Shown piece by piece: positions 48,455 to 58,210 of a DNA stretch of 64,000 nt. The position numbers and the translations under genes are program-made. The notes beneath the pieces are model-generated. The model searched no databases. It saw nothing but the letters and a program-made list of their open reading frames with translations, and had not been told where the DNA came from. The DNA is taken from the IMG/VR virus record IMGVR_UViG_3300005077_000565, positions 64,001 through 128,000 of that record, one strand, 5' to 3'. Numbering within the stretch: the first letter of the stretch is position 1; each line of letters begins with the position of its first letter. The stretch is from a virus.

Positions 48455-49063
48455 TTAATCGTTAAGTTTGCCATGTATGTATTTAAGCAAAACACCGTAG
48501 GCTGGCAGGAAGAATACTAGACCAACTACGATCTTAAGCACAGTCTGTGAACCTGCGATCTCCATCCAGTGTTCAGCCATGTAAGGATCTGCAGAATTCT
48601 GGAATGCCACAGCAAAGAATGTATAGCTGTCAATGACGTTGGCTACAATAGTGCTCAGTGCAGGAGCAGCCCACCATTGTTGCGTCCAGCGTTCACGAAT
48701 GTACTGGAATACGTATACGTCCAACAGTGTACCAATCAGGTAGGCAGTTGCTGAAGCAAAGCCAATGCGCAGTGCTACACTAGAGGGAGCGCCTTCCAGC
48801 AATACCACTAAAATACTTGTTAGGATGGCAAAGGGATAGGCGGCCGCAATAGTGGCACGAGCAATGCTCTTGCCAATTAAACGCACAGTGAGGTCAGTGG
48901 CCAGGATCACCAATGGGAATGTAAAAGCAGCCCAGGTTAACTTAACGCCCATGATTTCTACAGGGATACTAACAAGTGCGTTGGAAATTGTGATGATCAC
49001 AACATGCAACAATGCTAGTTTGAGCATCATTGCTCGATCGATATCTTTAAATAATGAAAACAT
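48455..49063 (-). CDS. yhhQ: preQ0/preQ1 (queuosine precursor) transporter
   Basis: LTWAAFTFPLVILATDLTVRLIG, RIGFASATAYLIGTLLDVYVF, IDSYTFFAVAF. Confidence 0.9.
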   Translation of the reverse strand: MFSLFKDIDRAMMLKLALLHVVIITISNALVSIPVEIMGVKLTWAAFTFPLVILATDLTVRLIGKSIARATIAAAYPFAILTSILVVLLEGAPSSVALRIGFASATAYLIGTLLDVYVFQYIRERWTQQWWAAPALSTIVANVIDSYTFFAVAFQNSADPYMAEHWMEIAGSQTVLKIVVGLVFFLPAYGVLLKYIHGKLND

Positions 49064-49078
49064 TTTTTTCTCCTTGAA

Positions 49079-49309
49079 TTATTTTTTCTTTTTACTGACA
49101 GTGGATTTAGTTTTGGGTTTGACTGGTGTCACATACACTGCGTTTTGCATGGCCAGCTGTACATCTTTTAATAGCTGCGCATCATCCCAGACTAGCTCAG
49201 TACGTCCGTTTTCGTAAGTCTTCACTGTTAGGTGAGAGCCCTGAACTACTTTGGGCCAGTCACCACTGTCGGCAGTTATTGTCACAGATTTCTTTTTACT
49301 AGTTGCCAT
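49079..49309 (-). CDS. Hypothetical protein
   Basis: 76-aa ORF with a basic C-terminus. Confidence 0.65.
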   Translation of the reverse strand: MATSKKKSVTITADSGDWPKVVQGSHLTVKTYENGRTELVWDDAQLLKDVQLAMQNAVYVTPVKPKTKSTVSKKKK

Positions 49310-49314
49310 TGTTA

Positions 49315-50019
49315 TTACCTCGGAGCAAATTCTTGTTGCATTTTAATATTGTCGAAGAATTCTTTCTTCGTACCGGCATCGGAATAAAAGCTACCCTTGA
49401 GCACAGTGGTCTGAGTCAAACTACTATGTGCCATGATACCACGATTCTCGCAACACCCATGGGTGGCCTGAATATAGACACCTAGGTTTTTTGCCCCGGT
49501 CGCACGCTCAATTTCTCGAGCAATATCGTTGGCTAATTCTTCCTGCAGAGTTCCTCGACGTGCACACCACTGTGCGATACGTGTATACTTGCTCAGTCCA
49601 ATAAGTTTATCAGCGGCAATAATACCAATATAGGCAACACCATTAACGGGCTGGTGATGATGGCTACACATACTGCGAATTTCACTGCGAACAACTAACA
49701 TACCCTCGTACCGATCAGTGGAATCGTTTGGAAATGCCGTTGCACTGGGAGCAGGATCATAGCGTCCACTCATGATCTCGTTAAAATACATCTTGGCCAA
49801 ACGGCGTGCTGTACCGTGACTGTTGGGATCATTTTCTCGATCAATCAGGAGATGATCCAGTACTAGTTCGAACGCACCAGTGGCTTCATCAATGAGTTTG
49901 TGTTTGATGTCCGGTGTGATGTATTCGCTGATGTTATCACCGGCCCAGAATCGTTTGTTATCCTGCTTCATGCGCTCACGAATCGCCTGAGCTAGGTTTT
50001 TTTCGGAAGTATTTCCCAT
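49315..50019 (-). CDS. folE: GTP cyclohydrolase I
   Basis: SMCSHH, IGLSKYTR, LQEEL, ATHGCCENRG. Confidence 0.93.
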   Translation of the reverse strand: MGNTSEKNLAQAIRERMKQDNKRFWAGDNISEYITPDIKHKLIDEATGAFELVLDHLLIDRENDPNSHGTARRLAKMYFNEIMSGRYDPAPSATAFPNDSTDRYEGMLVVRSEIRSMCSHHHQPVNGVAYIGIIAADKLIGLSKYTRIAQWCARRGTLQEELANDIAREIERATGAKNLGVYIQATHGCCENRGIMAHSSLTQTTVLKGSFYSDAGTKKEFFDNIKMQQEFAPR

Positions 50020-50040
50020 GCACTAAGTTCCTTTTTAGTT

Positions 50041-51114
50041 TTATTTCAAAATGTTATTAATCATAACAGTACTATTTAGATAATTGTCAATCAAAATCTG
50101 CTGTTGTCGGCGGATACTGTCCTGATATTTTTCTATATTATTAATGCGTTCACTGATAAAGTCAACGATATTTTGCCTATTAGTACGATAGGCGTCCAAA
50201 CTGGAGGTCCACTCTGCGGGGTATTTAAACTCCGGCAGATACATTTCATGATAACTGGCGCGATCTGGTACGATTGGTACTGCCCCGGTCAAGACTGCTT
50301 CCATGACACTGATGCCTAGATTTTCATGTAGTGCACAACTAAAAATAGCGGCACTCTCGCCCATGACACGATAGTAATCGGCCTTGTTCAGTGACATCTT
50401 CTGTGTGATGACCATGTCGAAAGATTTAGCTAAATCTTCTGCAATCTCTGGTTGTTTGTCGGCGTTGTATCGATGAGGCCACATGACACGACGCTTCTTT
50501 TCAGTATTCTGATAGGGCGTCAACTGATCCACAATTAGTTCATGTGGCTGACCACTACGAACTGCACGGCCATGGAATTCTGGCAGAATATTCAAATTCT
50601 TTAGGAACATGTCCTTGTGGAAATCTGTGGCGTAATAGTTATAGTCACTGGCATAAAACCAACTACGTTCAGCCTCCCAGGGCCAGGGCTTCTTCATTTT
50701 GTATCCCAGGATGTCTGTGGGATCATAGGCGCCAGCATGCCAGATACTGTGAATTTCCACTGGGATATCCAGCAGATCACTCATGTATTTGATGGGTGTA
50801 ATTACAAAGTTCCAGGCGTCAGTCACTAAAAATTTATCACCAGGGCGAATTCGCCCCTGGCTGAACCATTTGGAAATTTCCAGGGCCTGTGACGCTTTAT
50901 AGACGTTGGTGGCACCGAAGTCCAGGAATGCGCCACTGGATGTTTTATCCTCGATGCCGGCACCGTAGACTGTTACTACATCATAGCTCAGTCCGCGACG
51001 CTGAATCTCACATTCTAAAATTTTAGGAATATTATCGTACCACTGACGTGTGTAACGCTGATCAATTGGTTCAATGGGTACAATATAAATTGTGTTATTT
51101 GCCATAGTTTTCAT
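50041..51114 (-). CDS. GT-B (GT4-like) glycosyltransferase
   Basis: WPHRYNADKQPE, HENLGISVMEAVLTGAVPIVP (Ex7E motif). Start may be 51105. Confidence 0.8.
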   Translation of the reverse strand: MKTMANNTIYIVPIEPIDQRYTRQWYDNIPKILECEIQRRGLSYDVVTVYGAGIEDKTSSGAFLDFGATNVYKASQALEISKWFSQGRIRPGDKFLVTDAWNFVITPIKYMSDLLDIPVEIHSIWHAGAYDPTDILGYKMKKPWPWEAERSWFYASDYNYYATDFHKDMFLKNLNILPEFHGRAVRSGQPHELIVDQLTPYQNTEKKRRVMWPHRYNADKQPEIAEDLAKSFDMVITQKMSLNKADYYRVMGESAAIFSCALHENLGISVMEAVLTGAVPIVPDRASYHEMYLPEFKYPAEWTSSLDAYRTNRQNIVDFISERINNIEKYQDSIRRQQQILIDNYLNSTVMINNILK

Positions 51115-51880
51115 CTACACCTTGTCGTTCAATATCTGATTCAATGCAATCATCACCATATTGTATTTCAACAACCCTGCAGGGCACGTCGAAGGGATTG
51201 GTGAGTTGATGCCATTCACCAACAAGTATAACATGAGAACGGTGTTTATTTAACTCTATTGCTGGTAAAAGATAGCCATTGGCAGTCTGTGAATTTAGAA
51301 TACTAGCACCCTCACTGACAATCCAGTATTCGTTTCGCTTATTGTGCCGTTGCATGCTTAACTTCTGGCCGGGATCTACAGTAATTTCCTTGACTTTCAT
51401 TCCTGGTACTTCGTGCAATACACGGTAGTAGCCCCAGGGGCGATGTGTTTTTGGTGCCTTCCATTCCTGAAGAATCCAGCTGGAACTGTTCTTTTTGTCT
51501 TCGCCACCGACTCCAAACACAAACTCCAGATTGTCATCTTGAATATCCATTTCTGGAATATTAGTCTTGGTTCGATCACCACCATTGGCAAAGATGATTC
51601 GGTCCTGTGGATAGCTCTGCCGAACCATACGAATTGCATCCTTGGCAGACCCGTCATCATCATTAAATGTAATGACAAAGTCTACTCCGGTGATGTTCTT
51701 GACAATTTCACATCGCTCGGAAGACGGCATAAACGGAGCACCCTTTTTACGAGTCAACCAAGGGTCGCTGTTAACACCCACAACTAGAATATCTCCTAGT
51801 TTTTTTGCTGCCTTGAAGTACGCAATATGCCCACTATGCAGTGGGTCAAATCCTCCAGTAATTAATACCACTTTTTTCAT
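51095..51880 (-). CDS. Cytidylyltransferase-like (RfaE II-type) plus mannose-6-phosphate-isomerase-like cupin fusion
   Basis: TGGFDPLHSGH, FANGGDR, NSSSWIL; RPWGYY..LSMQRHNKRNEYW..VEIQYG..EsDIER. Confidence 0.85.
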   Translation of the reverse strand: MKKVVLITGGFDPLHSGHIAYFKAAKKLGDILVVGVNSDPWLTRKKGAPFMPSSERCEIVKNITGVDFVITFNDDDGSAKDAIRMVRQSYPQDRIIFANGGDRTKTNIPEMDIQDDNLEFVFGVGGEDKKNSSSWILQEWKAPKTHRPWGYYRVLHEVPGMKVKEITVDPGQKLSMQRHNKRNEYWIVSEGASILNSQTANGYLLPAIELNKHRSHVILVGEWHQLTNPFDVPCRVVEIQYGDDCIESDIERQGVDENYGK

Positions 51881-51882
51881 TG

Positions 51883-53391
51883 TTATTCTCCGAGATTTTC
51901 TAAGAATTCTTCAGCCGCGTCTTCCTGTTCCGGGGACATTTCGTCAGCCTCACCAATATATTGATCTTCAACTTCAAACAGGCAGTTAAAACTGTCAGTG
52001 GAACTGGTCAAAGACTTAGAGCCGTTGAAGTTAGCCAACATTGGTGCGGCCTCGTCCAGCATCTGCATGGGTGTCTCGCTACGGAATAGCTCGTCAATAA
52101 ACTGTGTCATGTAGATGATATTTCTGGGAACATAAGGACTGAACTGCTCTTCTTTACTGCCAGATTTAAGTTTACGCCAGTGACGATGATTGGTGGTCAC
52201 AGTGGACGATACTACGTCAGTCAGTGCATTCGCACGTTGAACACTTTCAATGTGCTGATATACATTGTGTGCCATGAGCAAGAAATAACTGAAACTATCC
52301 CAGCTGGTTTTGCCTTCTTTACCGACCTTGTTGAGCATGCCGGGTTTGTAGTGGCAGATATCGCCCAGTGTCAGACGCTCTGCGATGGGCCCACCGTAGG
52401 GGAAGGGAATAGTACTACCCGACAGCGCCTTGTTATCAAACGCACGATCCATGACATAACCAAATCTATCAGACTTGTGCACGTGCTGTGTATACATGGT
52501 GCCGTTGGCAGTGGCCAGGAATGGACTAGCACAGTCAAACATAACTTCAATGTCAGAGTTTACATGCTCACGTAACGCACGTTTGATGGCAGTATAGGCC
52601 ACGGCCCACTCTAGGCGACTGATACCTAGATAGTGTAGTAGATCTCGTTTACCACGCTCCAGCTGATGATCATCACGCATTTTGATCAGTGTGCGTAACA
52701 CGATATTAATGTCGTTCTTGGCACTACCTCCGAAGGCAAAACCGTCTAGATCATGATGCTTCATGTGCTCGTACCAGTATTCGGCTTCAGCCCAGTTACG
52801 GCCCTGCATGACGTTTAGGTACTTGGTCTGCCACTTGCGATTACGTTTAAACCACTCTACGTTGAAATCAGTGAATTCCAGACATTGATTAAAACTAGTG
52901 ATACCGGTACGTTTACTGAATGTAGGGTCGGCAGCCAGAGTGGGGATATCCAGAATCATTGAGTAATCACTGGTGTGCTCCAGCCAGTTCAAGATTGTAT
53001 GACGTAGGCTGTCATCAGTTTTAAAGTTGGGCCAGTCGCACTGAATAACGCCCTTGATGATCTGGAACCCACCGCTGTCACCCAGCATGAACGTATTTTT
53101 GCGATCGCGTTGCTGGACCATGGCGTCGTCAACATCAGCCTTGTTTAAATTAAGCTGAGCGTGGCCAGCTGAATACAACCCCCATTTGTAGGTAAAGTAC
53201 CCGGCATCCTGATTCAGAAAGTTGCAACCTTCAATGCCGTTTTCAAATCCCTGTGGGATTCTTTCCTGCGGCACAGCCACAGGATTGGCACGTTGCCGCG
53301 CAATGTAGTTATTGTAAAACGTACTGATACTAGGCAGAAAGACTGCATAGTCGCGGTTACGTTCAGTTAGATTAATACGTGTGGCAGACAT
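51883..53391 (-). CDS. dpdA: tRNA-guanine-transglycosylase-fold protein, DpdA-like (7-deazaguanine insertion into DNA)
   Basis: LGDSGGFQ, ILDIP, MQG, GFAFGG, HYLG, FDCASPF, AHN; linked to folE, queD, queE and yhhQ. Confidence 0.72.
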   Translation of the reverse strand: MSATRINLTERNRDYAVFLPSISTFYNNYIARQRANPVAVPQERIPQGFENGIEGCNFLNQDAGYFTYKWGLYSAGHAQLNLNKADVDDAMVQQRDRKNTFMLGDSGGFQIIKGVIQCDWPNFKTDDSLRHTILNWLEHTSDYSMILDIPTLAADPTFSKRTGITSFNQCLEFTDFNVEWFKRNRKWQTKYLNVMQGRNWAEAEYWYEHMKHHDLDGFAFGGSAKNDINIVLRTLIKMRDDHQLERGKRDLLHYLGISRLEWAVAYTAIKRALREHVNSDIEVMFDCASPFLATANGTMYTQHVHKSDRFGYVMDRAFDNKALSGSTIPFPYGGPIAERLTLGDICHYKPGMLNKVGKEGKTSWDSFSYFLLMAHNVYQHIESVQRANALTDVVSSTVTTNHRHWRKLKSGSKEEQFSPYVPRNIIYMTQFIDELFRSETPMQMLDEAAPMLANFNGSKSLTSSTDSFNCLFEVEDQYIGEADEMSPEQEDAAEEFLENLGE

Positions 53392-53400
53392 TTACATTCC

Positions 53401-54144
53401 TTAGACAGTCAAAGCTGGTAGAATGTAGTCGTATTTCCCAATCCCACTGTCAACGCTGATCTGAAGAGCACCACGACGGCTGATCTGCATCACGCAAGTA
53501 CCGCTCATGCCCAGTTTAAGAATAGCCAGAACCTGTGTCAGTGGCCAAGAGTAGCCTTCATTCAAGTCACCGTCTACGTTGGTGGCAAACGTTCTACGAC
53601 CAGTATAAGATCCATCAGCTGCACCCACTGTGATGATTAAATTACCGCCTTCAGTTTTAACTGTAAAGTTGGGTTCAATGCCACCATAGATACCAGCAAC
53701 CTGTGTCAATTCGCTGACCTTGGCTTTGGTGGGCTGGAATGTAACGTCCCACTCAACACCCTTGAACTTGACAGTCTGTAGTGTCTGATCGATGATTTCC
53801 TTGCTCATGAAGCGATAGCGGTCAGTGTTGCCGGCGGAATCCTTAAACAGCAGATGATCAGGAGATTCAACTCCGTTGCGTTCACGCTTTACCACGGTGA
53901 CACTGGAATCCTCTCCACTGTAGTTGGGTAGTTTGCTCACGCCACTCAGGAAGGGTAGATTCCCTAGGCCAAATTCCCCAACAAAGTCGGGTTCAGCGTT
54001 GTGTAGCTTTGCTTTAAGAATAACCGTGCGCTCACTGTCCATGGCATCCAGTAAAGTTTCGTCGTCAGTACCAGTGACCTTGACATTTTCAATAAAGCCT
54101 AGACCAGCAGTATGTTTCACGATATCAGCAATAACGTCTTTCAT
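53401..54144 (-). CDS. Sliding clamp (gp45/PCNA-like)
   Basis: About 247 aa, beta-rich two-lobed pattern, C-terminal GALQISVDSGIGKYDYILPA; near polB; strong RBS. Confidence 0.65.
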   Translation of the reverse strand: MKDVIADIVKHTAGLGFIENVKVTGTDDETLLDAMDSERTVILKAKLHNAEPDFVGEFGLGNLPFLSGVSKLPNYSGEDSSVTVVKRERNGVESPDHLLFKDSAGNTDRYRFMSKEIIDQTLQTVKFKGVEWDVTFQPTKAKVSELTQVAGIYGGIEPNFTVKTEGGNLIITVGAADGSYTGRRTFATNVDGDLNEGYSWPLTQVLAILKLGMSGTCVMQISRRGALQISVDSGIGKYDYILPALTV

Positions 54145-54173
54145 CAAGACTCTCCTTTAATATTAATAAGTTA

Positions 54174-54201
54174 AGTATATGTTATATTTAGATCAAGTCA
54201 A
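54174..54201 (-). promoter_or_regulatory. Sigma70-like promoter upstream of the clamp-dpdA operon
   Basis: TTGACT-16 nt-TATACT. Confidence 0.45.
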
Positions 54202-54226
54202 GATCTACCTAGAGTTATCCTGACAG

Positions 54227-54249
54227 ATTTCGGGGCTGGGCCCCGAAAT
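54227..54249 (-). terminator. GC-rich hairpin, probable terminator
   Basis: ATTTCGGGGC-TGG-GCCCCGAAAT immediately after the stop at 54253; no clear U-tract. Confidence 0.5.
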
Positions 54250-54252
54250 TGA

Positions 54253-54546
54253 TCACTTGTTTCTGTAATAGCCGCCGTTGGTCCAGGGAAACTGGAATGT
54301 ACCCACGTGAATTTTTAATTTCTTAGGGCTACGGTCAGCACTAAATTTAATATTCACATCGTAGGTGATGGCAGTTTCGCGATCAAAACTGTAGATGCTG
54401 AATTCACGAATCTTACCCTCGGCTCTGAGGTCGCTGAGGTAAGCGGCAAAAAGTTTATAAACTGGGCCACTCTGGCGTTGTTCCAGTACGCCGTCCCAGG
54501 GCTCGATGATCTTTAGAAGATCGTATTTTACATCATTAATGTTCAT
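54253..54546 (-). CDS. Hypothetical protein
   Basis: ORF starting MNINDVK. Confidence 0.65.
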   Translation of the reverse strand: MNINDVKYDLLKIIEPWDGVLEQRQSGPVYKLFAAYLSDLRAEGKIREFSIYSFDRETAITYDVNIKFSADRSPKKLKIHVGTFQFPWTNGGYYRNK

Positions 54547-54562
54547 GTAATGACTTGACATA

Positions 54563-54943
54563 TTATGCCTCAAACTTAACAATTGCACCATTTTCATTAT
54601 CTTCGCTGACAGAAATAGTCATACGTCGGCCAGGATAACGATCGTTGATCGAAGTTGCTAGATCTTCTGCGATCATTTCACAAGATTTGTGGTTCAGCAC
54701 CAGCGTACCTTGATCGTACAGTCGCTCCATCCAGCGTTTGAATTGAATGAATTCCACATCGCGGTCGTCATGAAATACTTCAAGTTCAACACGAAAGTGA
54801 AAAATATGACGATGTGGATATGCTAGAAAGCTAACATCATCCCAATCACCAGTGGCCAATTTAGGATCAGTCTCGGCTGCGGGATATCGGTGGATACCTT
54901 CTTTCTGAAACGTAACCCAAATTTTTGTCTTGGTTTTTTTCAT
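54563..54943 (-). CDS. queD: QueD/6-pyruvoyl-tetrahydropterin-synthase-like T-fold protein
   Basis: GIHRYP, HRHIFH, DVEF, SCEMIA, VSEDNENGA. Confidence 0.7.
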   Translation of the reverse strand: MKKTKTKIWVTFQKEGIHRYPAAETDPKLATGDWDDVSFLAYPHRHIFHFRVELEVFHDDRDVEFIQFKRWMERLYDQGTLVLNHKSCEMIAEDLATSINDRYPGRRMTISVSEDNENGAIVKFEA

Positions 54944-54947
54944 ATTA

Positions 54948-55112
54948 TTATTCAACTGCTAGTTTTTTTTCTAGACGCTGCATGATCTGTAGAATTTCCC
55001 ACAGTTTCCAGTCAATTGACTTTGCAAGCTCCATGAGCTGCTCAGCGGCGTCGCGTTTATCTTGTTCTTCATCAGGTACCTGATCCTCTACAAGACGAAT
55101 TTTTTTAACCAT
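54948..55112 (-). CDS. Small hypothetical protein not in the ORF track (54 aa)
   Basis: GGAG RBS; MVKKIRLVEDQ..AKSIDWKLWEILQIMQRLEKKLAVE*; fills the gap between neighbours. Confidence 0.75.
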   Translation of the reverse strand: MVKKIRLVEDQVPDEEQDKRDAAEQLMELAKSIDWKLWEILQIMQRLEKKLAVE

Positions 55113-55133
55113 TATTTTCTCCGAAATAATATA

Positions 55134-55334
55134 TTATACACATTGATTAAGTCGTTGCTTAATCAGCTTAATTTCATCGTTAATTTTAACTTTTTCCATT
55201 TTAAGTTCGTTAACGATTTCATCTTTGACATGACTAGAATACAACAATTCCATTCGTTTGTCAAGATCTTTTTTCTTCAACAACAAGTGGTCCAGGTGGT
55301 GTTGAAGTTTGTCTGGATGTAGATTTTTCGACAT
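55134..55334 (-). CDS. Small coiled-coil protein (DUF465/YdcH-like)
   Basis: HL..K..DLD..LKMEKVKINDEI. Confidence 0.55.
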   Translation of the reverse strand: MSKNLHPDKLQHHLDHLLLKKKDLDKRMELLYSSHVKDEIVNELKMEKVKINDEIKLIKQRLNQCV

Positions 55335-55346
55335 AAATTTTTCCTA

Positions 55347-57989
55347 TCAACCAAAATCAAATAAATCACTGAAGGTATTCTTTTCACTGGCACTCATTAG
55401 GTCCCAGTTCATAACGCCCAGGAGGTTGTCAATTTTCTGTGTAATGATGGCATCCTCCATGGCCTCGTCGTCAAAGGGCAAGTCCTTGAACCATTGCGGT
55501 ATTCGTTTTTCGTCGGTGGGTATACCGATACTGGTCATTCCCAGTGGGTTTGATTTGAGTTTGCACACAATAGTTTTCATACCATCAGTGATCTCCATGC
55601 TATAGGAATCACTGTTCATCTTGCGTAGACGGTTATAGTTGATGGCAGCCAGAGCGTGTCCAACACCACACTTACCGGTCTTTTCGTAGATTTTGGTGTG
55701 ATTGGTTAGATTGTTCACACGCTTGGGTGTGCCCTTTTCCCAGCTGGGCATCTGACGGAATGGTTTACGGAACTCTTTGATGCGTTCAATAACACTGCGT
55801 TCGCCCTGCCCGGTCAGTGTCATAACCAGCAATTCATTTAGGAAATCCTGTATGTATTTGGGTGTGTCACTGCGTTTAAGGTCCAGACCCATGGCTTTGA
55901 TCTTTCCAGGTTTACCTTCCTGATCTTCACGATAGCCTTCGTTATCATATACTAGGATAGCATAACGTTTTTTAGTAATGAAGATACCGGCTAGACCTAC
56001 AATTTCTCGACCAGCGGCAATAATTTTACCTAGCTCAGCGGGGCAATTGTGACCCTGATTCATATATTGACTAAATGTATCGTTGGCAGCTTCACAGACT
56101 GCGTCGTAATATTTTACAACACTGTCACGAGTCCATTCTAGTTCACCGCGTTGAATTTGGTCCTTGAGTACTGGGTATGCGCTGAAATAACAAGAGTCAG
56201 TGTCGCCGTAGATAATACTGCGTCCCGTGTGATTATATTCACCATCAATGATGCGATTGACTTCAGCCGCCATGTGTCGAGCAATACAACGGCCAGTCAG
56301 TGTAGTACTCTGCCCTAGACGTTGATCAAAAAAGCGACAACCGGCATTAAGTAGAGCACCGTATAGACTGTTTAGGTTAATCTTTTTAACCAGCTGACGC
56401 TTGTCCCAGAATGCATATTGTTTATCATCAACACCCTTGAAGCTCTTGGCTTTTTTCTGTAGTTCTTTACGTTCAGCGTACCAGCGTTCTAGTAGACCAG
56501 GAATCACACCCTGTACATCATGACGGAAGATTGTGGCATTGGCACTCAAGATCCAGGGCTGGCCGCTTAAAAACACTAGATCATATATTTCAGCCCCGGT
56601 GGCCTGAATACTAGAGCCATCTTCAAAATCAACTACAAGAATAGTCGAACGATCCTTGTCCATGATTAGCTCATACTCTGGACAGGCAAAACGACCTTCC
56701 CAGGCTTCAGACACCGTTTTATGGCTGGCCAAAAGTTCTTCAGTCAGCGTTTGTCGCACCTGGCCCACAATGGTTTCAGTGCTCATGTTGCCACTTCTGA
56801 GAATCGACGGGTACAAGCTGTTCAAGTCCATGCTGCCAATCCACTCGTGCATGCCTTTGACTGGTGTAGCCACGTATGCACCAGCTGCCTGCGTGCTGCC
56901 TTCATGACTGCGCTTGTCTGGAACTTGCATGCCTCGACGATGTGCTTCGTTGATAATAGCCTGTTCAGTCTGAGCCACGGCACCCATGGTGGTCTGCAAC
57001 AGCACGGTGTTGGCGTGCGCCAGGACGTTGGCTAGATCAATGAACTGAAGTTTTTTGTCTAGTTTAACCAGCAAGTCCACGTCCTGACGGTTATAGCCGA
57101 TAAACTTTTCAAAGTCATTGTTATATAACTGGTCCAGTGTACCTTCGTATTCTACTTTATGTTCTTTGAGTTCGTATTCGGCAATGGCATCTAGACTGTA
57201 GCTATGCATTTCATGGTAAGTATACTTGCGATACAGTTCCAGATAGTCCAGGTGTACACGCCCTACAGTTTCATAGGTTTCCTGAATCTTACCAAATTTT
57301 TCATATTCTTTGCGCTTGGGGTACTGATCCCAGAGGCAGAATTTTCTAGTATATTCTTTGCCTAGAACACGAGCAACTCGATTGACCAGATAGGGCACGT
57401 CGAACCCCTCACTGTTCCATCCGCTGATGACGTCAGCATCATCAATCAGCTCCAGGAATGTGGTCAGTAGATCTTCTTCGGACTCCATGAGCAGAGTGTC
57501 AGGGAATTTGTCTACAATGGCTTGCGCCTGATCGGCAGTTAATGTTTTTGGCGCTCGTACCAGACAGATAGTGCGCTCCAGCCAATTCAAATGAACTGCT
57601 ACTGCAGTCACTGGGTTAAAGGGGTCGCTGGGATCAGCAAACCCTAGTTCTTTGTTGAAGTCAACCTCAATGTCGAAAAATACAATGTGTAGGTCTGGTG
57701 CGTCGGCATTTAGATAATTTTCCTCAATACAACGGAATACTGGATTAATATCGCTCTCGTAGAGTTGCTTGTGGCTATATATTTTCTTCTCACGCTGAAA
57801 AATCTTGCCATTAGTAGTAACCACACGTGTCAGTGGCTCACCCCAGATACTTTTAAATTTTCCCTTGGGGTCGGGATAGTAGAATACATAGCGTGCTGGG
57901 AATTGCACATATTTTCTAACACCATCGCGGCGTTCCACAATATTGATCACATCACGATTGCGATCAATAATACCATCTACATAGCTCAT
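55347..57989 (-). CDS. Family B DNA polymerase (gp43-like)
   Basis: FFDIEV exo I, GWNSEGFD exo II, YNRQD exo III, DLNSLYPS, KINLNSLYG, YGDTDS, KKRY. Confidence 0.97.
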   Translation of the reverse strand: MSYVDGIIDRNRDVINIVERRDGVRKYVQFPARYVFYYPDPKGKFKSIWGEPLTRVVTTNGKIFQREKKIYSHKQLYESDINPVFRCIEENYLNADAPDLHIVFFDIEVDFNKELGFADPSDPFNPVTAVAVHLNWLERTICLVRAPKTLTADQAQAIVDKFPDTLLMESEEDLLTTFLELIDDADVISGWNSEGFDVPYLVNRVARVLGKEYTRKFCLWDQYPKRKEYEKFGKIQETYETVGRVHLDYLELYRKYTYHEMHSYSLDAIAEYELKEHKVEYEGTLDQLYNNDFEKFIGYNRQDVDLLVKLDKKLQFIDLANVLAHANTVLLQTTMGAVAQTEQAIINEAHRRGMQVPDKRSHEGSTQAAGAYVATPVKGMHEWIGSMDLNSLYPSILRSGNMSTETIVGQVRQTLTEELLASHKTVSEAWEGRFACPEYELIMDKDRSTILVVDFEDGSSIQATGAEIYDLVFLSGQPWILSANATIFRHDVQGVIPGLLERWYAERKELQKKAKSFKGVDDKQYAFWDKRQLVKKINLNSLYGALLNAGCRFFDQRLGQSTTLTGRCIARHMAAEVNRIIDGEYNHTGRSIIYGDTDSCYFSAYPVLKDQIQRGELEWTRDSVVKYYDAVCEAANDTFSQYMNQGHNCPAELGKIIAAGREIVGLAGIFITKKRYAILVYDNEGYREDQEGKPGKIKAMGLDLKRSDTPKYIQDFLNELLVMTLTGQGERSVIERIKEFRKPFRQMPSWEKGTPKRVNNLTNHTKIYEKTGKCGVGHALAAINYNRLRKMNSDSYSMEITDGMKTIVCKLKSNPLGMTSIGIPTDEKRIPQWFKDLPFDDEAMEDAIITQKIDNLLGVMNWDLMSASEKNTFSDLFDFG

Positions 57990-58210
57990 GCGTACAAAAG
58001 ACCTAGAATATAAATTACAGTTAATCCAATGTTAAACCATAACAGGCTGTTCTCATGCCAGAGATAGCCCACTAAAATCCACAAAGAGTTTCCGATAATA
58101 AAGAAGTAGTGATGAATGTATAATTCTGGTTTAAAACTGGCAAAAGCTGCCGCGGCGATTACCACTGCAGTACTGAGCCAGGCCAACCATTGATAGGGTT
58201 TTACAACCAT
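57986..58210 (-). CDS. Small membrane protein
   Basis: 74 aa, three hydrophobic segments. Confidence 0.65.
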   Translation of the reverse strand: MVVKPYQWLAWLSTAVVIAAAAFASFKPELYIHHYFFIIGNSLWILVGYLWHENSLLWFNIGLTVIYILGLLYA

